64,000 bases of DNA from Camelus dromedarius. Its lineage: Eukaryota. A model generated the notes under the pieces. It searched no databases. It was given only the letters and a program-made list of their open reading frames with translations, and was not told the DNA's origin. The stretch covers positions 89,468,001 to 89,532,000 of the forward strand of contig NC_087437.1 of assembly GCF_036321535.1 (NCBI RefSeq), read 5' to 3'. Shown piece after piece: positions 54,481 through 64,000 of the stretch; the first letter of the stretch is position 1, and each line of letters opens with the position of its first letter. The translations under genes were made by a program, and so were the position numbers.

Positions 54481-57400
54481 ATTTCTTGTCCTCAGAAATA
54501 AAGAACAGTTTCAGAGGGACCAGTTTTACATCCATGTCACACGCTATCAGCAGGTTCACTGAGCAAATAAACCAAGATAGTCTGGTTTGGAAATAACTGA
54601 ATTGCTCTATGGAATATCTTTATTTTCCTTTAACATGGTATAAAAAAAATCTCACACTTATGCACTGGCTTAATAGAATCCCCTGGTCTTTCATTACTGT
54701 GGCTTGAGTGGCCCTCAGAACTCACATCCCCAGCACAGGCATTCCAGAACATTTGTATTCAATAGCTCATTAATACTTGATTTTCACCACCTAATTTAGA
54801 GTTATATTGAGAACATTCTAATAATGCTAATTGAGAAGAGGACAGCTAATACAAATTACACAGTCAGACAAATGTAGTAAAATGAATAGTTTCAAGATGA
54901 ATATTTTTCTAAAAAAAAAAAAAGCAACATCCATTCTTCAAACCACCAAAACTAAAACTAAAATAAAAAACAAAAAGTTATACCCGTGATTCTGCTCACT
55001 CTTCCTTGAGGGATCTTTGATATTACGACGCAATGTCTTGATTCCTTGTATAGATGTGCAAACCCGGAAATATGACACTAAAGCCCAGGGCTCACCAGGG
55101 CATTATTTAAAAAGAACTGCTGGAAACCTTTCAGAGCCCCACTTATTCTTGTGTGTGGATTTACAAATACATACACGGGCTGTGAAGTAGTTTCCTCTCT
55201 AAACATCAATAATCATAATCAAATCACACACATTAAAGTTGTCTCTGTCCTTTGTCAAAAAGAAAATAATTTGTCGGTTACTCCATGCATCTTCAGAAGA
55301 TGTTTGTCAGTGTCAGAATAGCTCATGCAGCTCCATAAATACAACACTGATCTGGTACTATTTTGCTTGCTCCATACGGCTTAAGCAGGGAAACTTTTCC
55401 CTGAAGATTGTCTTATTTCCTAGTATTTTTCACAAGGAAATTGTTTATAGGTCATTCATCAGTTTTATGGCCTTTTCCCCCTGATTTTAGAAAGCGGAAG
55501 CTTGTTCAGTATTCAGTCACACACAGAGCAGACTCATTACAGGACTGTCAATGAGCAATTTACCAAGCAGAAAGTCAAATTAGCTTCACTGGAACGCTGA
55601 CTGCGGTGTGCTACCCTCAGTGAAAGTAGCAAGTAAAATTTTACCCACAACTGGTTATGTAGGGGTAATTAAAACCATTAATCTTTTTATTGATCTTTGA
55701 CTCCGTTGCCTACTATATTTAGCAGATAAGATTCATGAGCTACTGGAGTGTGTCCACTGTCACAGATCTCCATCGATAGATATCCCCTGAAGAGGGCTCC
55801 AGGGTAAAAGAGCATTTATCTGATTTATGCCTATTATGTGGTTCCTTCAGACCTGAAACAACTAACTGTTATGCTTTATTAAGAAGCAATATTTGCAAAC
55901 TGCAAATCCCGTGAACTTCTCTCATGCTATGGAAAAGTATCACATGGTAAGTGCGTTTTGAGTCATATCTGCTCCATTTAATTTTTATTTTTGAAGGCAA
56001 GATGGTTCTCCTTGATAAGATCCTAAATGCTATAGGGCAATGTATAATTTTATACTCAGGTGTTCTTTTAAAAAAGTAAATGTTTGATCTCATCAGCCAT
56101 AATTATGTCTTTGAAGTGGTAACAGTCCATCACAAAAGCATGGCTTGGTTCACAGATCATTGATACAGTTAGTTTCAGCAGATGTTTAGGTACCATTATA
56201 ATCTTTCTCATCCATTTGACCATCATAAAAGCTAGACCCATGTGTCCAACTTGGGCTATTATTTCTGCAGGGCTCGGCTCTCTTATACTATGAACAACTG
56301 GTACTTTACAAAACTGGATCATCAATCAGTGGCCTTCGCCAATTAGGGAATTTTTTTAATTAGGCATGTGGTAGCTACTCCGAATATTTATTGAGGAAAG
56401 TAAAGTGTAAGATTAGCAGATATTTCACTGTGCGTTCCTATGGGGAGGAGAAATCAATACAAGCCTTGGGGTTTGGTACCTTGACAGCTGCAGTCTTGGG
56501 AACTTAATGGTAAGTGTCCAAGCCCAGTCAATGCTGGCTAAAAATTTCATGTGAAACTAATCAGTGCCAATGCAAATAAGTTACCCAGTTCTTACAATTT
56601 TACTGATCAAAAAGGCAGAAATATTGTAATGTATGCAGTGAACAGTTCTCATTTGAAGGTTGCTAGTGTCTATTTATGGGGAAAGCACTCATTATCTTTT
56701 TGCTTTGGTGAGAGTCAAGAGCCCCTTTCCTTTACCAAAACAGAAGGCAAGCAAGCAGGTCTTGCAAAAAAGAATCAGCTTGAGGGACTAGATTTTGCAA
56801 AACTGGACAGAACCAGGCAAAGATGTTCCAGGGGACTGGAGGCTAAGCCCACAGTGATGCAACAGGAGCTGCTCACCAGTGGTGACCACCTGATATCCTG
56901 CTCCATGACCCTGGCTTGTTCTCAAGGCCTTAGGCTTATTCAATTCTTCCTGGTTTCTTAAGCCACGTTCTCCAGATCGCTGACCATTCAGACTGGCCAT
57001 TCAATAACCCTGCCATCATTTCTTTTTTTCTTAGTTAACTAGAGCTCACCTTCGTTGTTTTAATCAATAATCATGACTTACGTACCTTGTTACTAGGTAT
57101 GCATGCAGCTAGGTATGTCTGTAATGCCGTAACTCATGTCCCTTTGTTGGATTCTCCTGGCTAATGAATATCAGTTGTCATAAGATGTCACCATTTCTCT
57201 TTACACAGATTAGTATCAGTCATTTTATCCATCTCTGGACCACAGACTTCAAACCTCAAACCTGTAAGTCCAAGCCAAGACATCTAAACTTACCTACTTC
57301 TGATAAATATTTTAATACCTCTTGGGCTCAGAACCTAACAATTTTTGTGAGATACTAAGAGGCGGAGGCTCAAAATTCACTCATTCACATGCTTTACACA

Positions 57401-57529
57401 TTGTCAAGAAGGGTTTAACAAACATTGTTACAAGTATAGTAAATAAGTAAATGAATAAACACATATTTCTATTTCTACTCTATTTATAATAGTAATCAAG
57501 CCTTATCAAATAGTCCTCCTACCTAGATG

Positions 57530-57674
57530 ACTGAATAATTCACTCAATCATTCAGTAACTGTGTATTAAGTACCAGGTAGCAGGCATTTGTTAACTAATG
57601 AAACACATATGGATTCTGCATTTTGCTAGCATATTCCTCTTGGGAAATAGACAATAAATAAATCACATAACAAA

Positions 57675-57705
<31 letters not shown>

Positions 57706-58370
57706 TCTGTTATGAAGAAAACACACTGAATGCAGAGGTAGAGAATAACCCAATAACTGACTGAAAGAATAGTAAACAAAGACCCCTCAAACAATGCAAC
57801 ATGTAAAAAGGGACCCAGAAGTATGCAAAGGAATGAGTCATGAATAGAACGGGGTCGGGTATGTATATGTGTGTTGGAGGGAGGAAGGAGCAGAGAGGAA
57901 AGGAAAATGTGTGACAATTTTTGTACTATGAAGAGTCTGGAATAGATTAAAAGCTGACAGGAAGTCCATGTGGCTGGATTGTTACAGGCTATGGAGAAAC
58001 GGCAAGAAATGATGCTGGAAAAGTGGGCAGACATTTCACGTAATAAGTTACTATCTCTGGTACAGTTTTAAATTCATCCTGAGGAGAGTGGAAAGCAGTT
58101 GAAGGGTTTAAGTCCAAGAAGTGACATAATTTGATGTGTTTTTATGAAGCTGCCTAATATGTGGAGAATAAATTGAAGCTGTTAAAATTGGAGTCAGGGA
58201 GAACAGTACAAATGCAAGTGATGCTGCTGGTTAGACTAGAGTGGAGGCAGGTGAGAGCCGGAGAGAAGCTGACTGCAGGTAATTTTTGGAGATGGAAAAT
58301 ACAGGATTTGATTGACAGTCTGGAGTTAAAGGAAAATGAGAAGAAAAAAAAATCCTGGGTAACTTCATGT
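57530..58370 (-). mobile_element. L2 LINE with (TG)n(AG)n insert
   Basis: ttcactcaatcattcagtaactgtgtattaagtacc...gaagtccatgtggctgga...gggtttaagtccaagaagtgacataatttgat...acaggatttgattgacagt. Confidence 0.85.
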
Positions 58371-58574
58371 CCCAAATATACAGTGAATTTTAGGGCTCTG
58401 AATAAAATGCAGTTAGTTCTACTCCTTGGTACTATTTCTATAAAGAAACCCTCCTCCCTCCCTCCTTTCCCCACTTCTCCCCCTTTCTCTCTTCTCTCTC
58501 TCCTCCCTGCCCACAACTTCAGAAAACTTCTGAAAACAAGGCAATCTAGATATCGTAAAAACCTCTCAATACAA

Positions 58575-59790
58575 GGCAAAACACTCTCTGACATAAATCT
58601 TAGCAATGTTCTCCTAGGGCAGTCTACCCAGACAATAGAAATTGAAAGCAAAGACAAACAAATGAAACCTAATTAAACTTATAAGCTTTTGCACAGCAAA
58701 AGAAACCATAAGCAAAACAAAATGAAAACCTATGGAATGGGAGAAAATATTTGCAAATGATGAGTCTGACAAAAGCTTAATTTCCAGAATATATAAACAG
58801 CTGATACAACTTAATAACAAAAAAGCCAACCCAACCCAAAAATGGACAGAAGACCTAAACAAGCAACTCTCCAGTGAAGATATATAAGTGGCTAATAGGC
58901 ACATAAAAAATGCTCAATATTGTTAATTATCAGAGAAACGCAAATCAAAACTACAATGAAGTATTACCTCAGTCAGAATGGCTATCATTTAAAAGTCCAC
59001 AAATGATAAATGCTGGAAGGGGTGTGGAGAAAGGGCAACCCTCCTACACTGTTGGTGGGAATGTAGTTTGGTGTAGCCATTATGGAAAACAGGGTGGAGA
59101 CTCCTCAAAAGACTAAAAACAGACTTACCATATGATCCAGCAATCCCACTCCTAGGTATACCCAGAGAGAACTCTAATTTGAAAAGATACATGCACCCCA
59201 ATGTTCACAGCAGCACTATTTACAACAGCCAAGACATGGAAACAACCTAAACGTCCGTTGACAGATGACTGGATAAAGTTGTGGTATATTTATTCAATGG
59301 AATACTACTCAGCTGTAAAAAAGAATAAAATAATGCCATTTGCAGCAACATGGATGGATCTGGAGATCATCATTCTAAGTGAAGTAAGCCAGAAAGAGAA
59401 AGAAAAATACCATACGATATTATTCATATGTGGCATTTTAAAAAAGAAAAAAGACATTAATGAACTCATCTACAAAACAGAAACAGACTCCCAGACATAG
59501 TAAACAATCTTATGGTCCCTGGGGAAACGGGGGTGGGAAGGGATAAATTGGGAGTTTGAGATTTGCAAATATTAAGTACTCTATATAAAAACAGATTAAA
59601 AAACAAATTTGTTCTGTATAATGCAGGTAACTATATTCAGTATCTTGTAATAACCTTTAATGAAAAAGAACATGAAAACAAATATATGTACATATATGTA
59701 TGTATGACTGGGATATTATGCTGTACACCAGAAATTGAGACACTGTAGCTGACTTCAATTAAATTGAAAAGTTAAAAAAAAATTTTAAAC
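58575..59790 (+). mobile_element. Relatively young 5'-truncated L1 (ORF2 C-terminus + 3' UTR)
   Basis: ORF 59201 [17 protein letters not shown]...MEYYSAVKKNKIMPFAATWMDLE is the L1 ORF2 C-terminus; exact TSD cctctcaatacaa at 58562-58574 and 59791-59803. Confidence 0.97.
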
Positions 59791-60369
59791 CCTCTCAATA
59801 CAAAATACAAAAAGTTTTGAATATAATATTCAAAGCACATTTGAGATTGCAGTCATTTAAGTCAAGGACACAATCATTCTTGTCACCTTCTTGTTCAAGA
59901 TAATCCCCACTTTCTCCTGAAGGCCTGGCTTTCCCTGGGGGCCTGTCAGGCAGCAGCTGTATCTTCTCTGCACAGTTCTGTTCCTCTGGGAGTGGAGATG
60001 ATCTAGCTGTCCATGATACCCCTTCACAGATTTTTAAAACATTCTCTCGTCTCCAATGACAACAACATTCAACCCTGAATCCCATGTTATCATATTCTGT
60101 TACCAACTACTCCACAATTTTTCTTTTACCTATCTAACCCCTAGATTGTTTCTTCTGGTTCCCCTTTTAGCTCTACCAGAATTACCAGTCATAAATGATT
60201 TCAACACAGGTGCAGATAAACCTTTCAAACTGGGGCCTATCAGTTCTATTAATTACTCTCCTTCAATAGTCTTTACTTCAGCCGCTCACTCCAATGTCAA
60301 TAGATGATCTTTATCCCTACAAATAACTGCAACCTCTCCAAAGTCTAGTTCCATGGAGCCTTCGGAGTC

Positions 60370-60595
60370 TCAACAGCTGTACTGCATAAATGTTAGTTTC
60401 CTGAATGTGATGGTTATTTTGTGGTTACACACAATACTCTTGTTTGTAGGAAATATAAAGTATTTGGAATTAATGGAGTTTGATTTTGACAATCTACTCT
60501 CAGATAGTTGGGGAAAAAATGAGAAGTTTTATTTGGGCCAGATTTCTAACGTTTTTCTAAGTTTGATATTGCTCCAAAATTTGGAAAAAAAAATA
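60370..60595 (+). mobile_element. Old L1ME-type 3' UTR fragment
   Basis: aaatgttagtttcctgaatgtgatgg...cttgtttgtaggaaatata...aatctactctcagatagtt. Confidence 0.65.
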
Positions 60596-60980
60596 TATCC
60601 ACAGATGAAGTCCCACCTAGGATGAGTTCACAGCCTATAATCACCAAAGATACAATGGCACAATTCACTGAGAATGAAGTCGAGATTGCAAGAAAAGAAA
60701 CATGCAATTTGCCAACTCACAATGAGGAAACATTTCGACTGGCGGAACCCTACAAACAGACTTTCAATCTAAGTCTAGAGTCAACCCTCCAAACATGTTC
60801 TACTGCGTGAAGATAAATATCTGAATTTCTAACACAGCCTTAAAACCTCTAGGAGGCTTGGCCCTGACAATCTCTCAACCCTCACCTTCAGTCCACCCTC
60901 GGAGCCTCCTGCATATTAGTAAGTGATGTTTTTCACAGATATCAAAACACAAGGATTTTTTTTTCTTTTTGTCCCTTTAG

Positions 60981-61147
60981 AACAGTTTTTGAAAGTTTAA
61001 CTGTCAAACAAGAATTACAGAAGACGTGCCAGATGAAGATGCATGATAGAGGAAAAAACCGCCTACCTGTGTTTAAAGCTGAAGGTCTCCCAAGTCATCC
61101 AAGACGCCAGGTACTCCAGAGACCAGAGCTGCCTCCTCTGGGATGAG
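60981..61147 (+). other. Candidate (probably non-coding) exon, 167 bp
   Basis: Acceptor tttttttttctttttgtccctttag| and donor GAG|gtaagt; no frame is open through the whole exon. Confidence 0.3.
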
Positions 61148-61749
61148 GTAAGTGGAAGGCTTTTCAAGCAGCCTAGAAATCCCAAGTCAGAAAAATTTGG
61201 CATGGCGAGGAAAACCTACCCTATTCCGGCTCTCTGCGGAGATGGACCAGGTCAGGTTCTTGCTTGGATTCAACTGGGTCTAGTGACCATCCAGGCATCC
61301 TGAGTACCACCCCAGGTTCCCCTCTGCCCAGCCTCAACTCATCAGTGCTCTCAACCAGGCTCAGAGGCCCCAAGCCTGGCCAAAGAGAAAAGCCCCCTTC
61401 AACCTCCAGGTCGTGAGGTAGGGATGCTGGCCAGGCCGTGACTGCAGCTTGATTTAGAACTTTTTAATTTTAGGCATGTGATCTGGAACCTTCATTTGGA
61501 CTCTAGCCCCATCCTGAAATGTGAGGGCTGGGCCTGCTCTTCTCTGAGCTTTCTATCACCTTCCCTGTGCAGCCGACTCGGCTGCTTGCTCCCTCATGCC
61601 TCCAGGCTCACTCTGGGCTCAGGACTCGCACCTGCTCACCTTCTACCCATGAAGCCCCTCCCCCAGCTCTTCCCCGGACTCAGGTGTCTGCACCGGATCC
61701 ATCCACCCCTCCCCACCTCCTCTGTAAAACAGCACACCTGCCACCCTGC

Positions 61750-61950
61750 CTTTGTTCTCTCCCTGTTTACACCGCTTTATTTTGTTCCAGCACTTAAACT
61801 TTCTGAAATAGAAAGGATTTTTTTCCCTCTGTTTCTTATTTATCTCCACATTAGAATGTAAATGTTATGAGGGTGGGAATTTCATGTTTTTTATTGTGTG
61901 TCCCCGACACAACATAGTTGCCCAATAAACACCAGATAAATGGATGAGTG
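61750..61950 (+). mobile_element. L2 3' end
   Basis: ttagaatgtaaatgttatgagggtggga...acatagttgcccaataaa...aatggatgagtgaa. Confidence 0.8.
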
Positions 61951-62134
61951 AACAAAAAAGGATGTGAAGTAACAATCTTCATTTTTAAAGGAAAAACAAA
62001 AATTGCACATGATTTGATTATATAAGTCTGTAATATCTAAAATGTTAGGTGTCATAAGAGCTAAAAGTATCTAAAAATACTGGAAAGATCATCATCACAT
62101 AATTTTTTTAAAGCTGCAGATAAAAGAAACATAG

Positions 62135-62302
62135 GCTGTCCCCTCTCCCTCCCTCTTTGGAGACGGAGACGGCCCACACTCTGTCTATGGAGTGTGTACC
62201 TACTTTTAATCTGAGCACCCAACCCCCACACCTCATGGCCTTTCTCGTGCCTTTCAATGTATCTCTCTGAATAAATCCACCTTTACTCAAAAAAAAAAAA
62301 AA
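62135..62302 (+). mobile_element. Polyadenylated LTR-like retrocopy with 13-bp TSD
   Basis: TSD aaaagaaacatag at 62122-62134 and 62303-62315; AATAAA at 62270-62275; A tail from 62289. Confidence 0.85.
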
Positions 62303-62579
62303 AAAAGAAACATAGCCATATAGAAAAGCTCATACACCACTTTCTAGTTAAAAACAAAAAACAAAAACAACTTAGAATTTCAAGGAAAAGAAACATCTGA
62401 TTAAACTTTGCATTGACACGACTTTTTTTGGTCTTTTTGTTAAACTTATTAGTAGCTGAAGTAAAACATTTAGCAAGTTACATAGCTAGTTACAAGGTCA
62501 CCTGTAGAGGTTCTGATTGATTACTGTCAGATTTAGTCTGGTTCAGTGAGGAACATTTTAATAACCTTGACAACTGAAA

Positions 62580-62648
62580 AACATATATATACAATATATA
62601 TATAAATATATGTGTATATGTATATTTATATATATATTATATATATTC
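62580..62648. repeat. (TA)n-rich simple repeat
   Basis: atatatatacaatatatatataaatatatgtgtatatgtatatttatatatatattat. Confidence 0.9.
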
Positions 62649-63339
62649 ACTAAGTTTGATTATCCAAGAGAAAGAGGTAACTAAAAGCAAATAAGATAAT
62701 ATTAAAAATCTTAAAAAAAAACTTTTGAAAGATAATACTAACCCAATAATTCTGTAAGCAGGTAAATATTAAAGGAAAACTTACATTATCTATGTTTAAT
62801 GACATTTGATCTATATCAAGAAATATTTTGATATTCAAGGAAATAAAAGGGCTGGCTTCCAAGTACCAATCATTTGACTTTGGATGAATCATTTAACATT
62901 CTGAGGTTTAGCATGAAGAATTTAGGTGAAATAATCACTATATACAGTGAAAGTTACATAGGGAAGTTCTGTGACTTCTTCAAACTGGACAAAGTTTAAA
63001 GTTGATGTATGTATTTGTCGAGACAGTGGGGTGAACAAAAAACAGGGACTTTATACCTTCTTGCCTAAGTACCATTTTCAAAAGGTAGAATCATAAAAAT
63101 GTATTATTTTCTTACAAACACCTGGGCTTAAATGGGATTTCACTGTTTATAAAGGCCTTTATTTTCAAATAATGGTAATTTTCAGGAATGATTAGTTCTT
63201 CATGGAAGAAATATATTCATAATCAGTTTATGTTGAAGTTGTCTGTTTTTCAAGTGTATCTGAATGAGGAATTAAGTGTTGGTCTTTAAATAATATCTCA
63301 AATTTACTTATAAAGATCACCAGATAAAAGGTAATGACT

Positions 63340-63940
63340 ATGGTAGGCAAAATTACAAAAAAGGTTTCTGTAAGGCTGCCTGGTTATTTAAGCCAACACT
63401 AATCTAGGTGCTGTACTGCTGAGCAAGGACACTGCTGATGGAATCACGTTCCTAATCAACTGACTTATTTTAAAGCAGGGGGAGCAACCCGGACGGTCCA
63501 GGTGGGCCCAATCTAATCACCTGAATCTTAAAAGCAGAAAAATGTCCCAGATGGAAGCAGGAGATGTGGCAGGAGAGAGAGGCAGCAGGGAGGTGAATCC
63601 AAAGGCAAGGATGCAACTCTCTTTTACTGGCTTGAAATTGGAGGAAGAGGGCCACGAACCCGGAAGGTGGGCAGCCTCCAGAAAATAAGAAAGGCCTTGA
63701 CAGCCAACAAGGAAACGGGGGCTCCAGTCCTAAAACTGCACGCAACTTAATTCTGCCAACAACCCGAATGATCTTGGAAGCAGATTCATCCCCAGAGCCT
63801 CCACAAGAAACAGTACAGCCAAAACCTTGACTTCAGCCCTGGGAAACCCAGTCTCATCCACAAAACATGAAATAATGAATTTGTGTTGTAATAAGCCACA
63901 GATTTGGTAGTAACCTATTTTATAGCATAAGACACTAATT
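63340..63940 (+). mobile_element. MaLR LTR (MLT1D/E-like)
   Basis: ccaggtgggcccaatctaatcac, gacagccaacaaggaaacgggggctccagtcct, ttgtaataagccacagatttggtagtaac; 5' boundary uncertain. Confidence 0.88.
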
Positions 63941-64000
63941 ACGGTGGCAGAAATCCAAATTGCATATTGAGTCATTCTGTAGATTACAAGTATGTTTAAA

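Noticed and set aside
58154..58676. Longest ORFs (167 and 171 aa, opposite strands)
   Set aside because: They run across an L2 fragment, a pyrimidine tract and the start of an L1, so they are chance read-throughs
61150..61750. GC-richer patch as a CpG-island promoter
   Set aside because: CpGs remain sparse relative to GpC, and no clear core promoter is visible
1..64000. The many short ORFs in the six-frame track as genes
   Set aside because: All are 171 aa or shorter, often low-complexity or inside repeats, and none resembles a cellular protein I recognise; only L1 and ERVL remnants are identifiable

Overview
AT-rich, CpG-depleted mammalian genomic DNA. I found no protein-coding exon, RNA gene or CpG island that I can support, so the window looks intergenic or deep-intronic. 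Much of it is recognisable interspersed repeats: old MIR, L2, L1M, hAT/Tigger and MaLR/ERVL LTR fragments, plus several younger insertions with intact target-site duplications (TSDs). The L1 3' UTRs and the lack of Alu/B1/Bov-tA/PRE1/Can-SINE suggest a cetartiodactyl, probably a camelid (inference). Most notable items: (1) a ~170-bp LTR-like, polyadenylated retrocopy with a perfect 13-bp TSD at 62122-62315; (2) a piggyBac (Looper-like) transposase relic split by an orphan L1 5' UTR at ~26410-28548; (3) a clean 551-bp solo LTR with a 4-bp TSD nested in an L2; (4) ERVL pol/dUTPase and protease relics; (5) a few candidate non-coding exons and splice signals. Repeat subfamily names come from recalled consensus motifs and need RepeatMasker/Dfam confirmation. 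Boundaries of old repeats are approximate. I see no convincing evidence of a novel multi-gene system.
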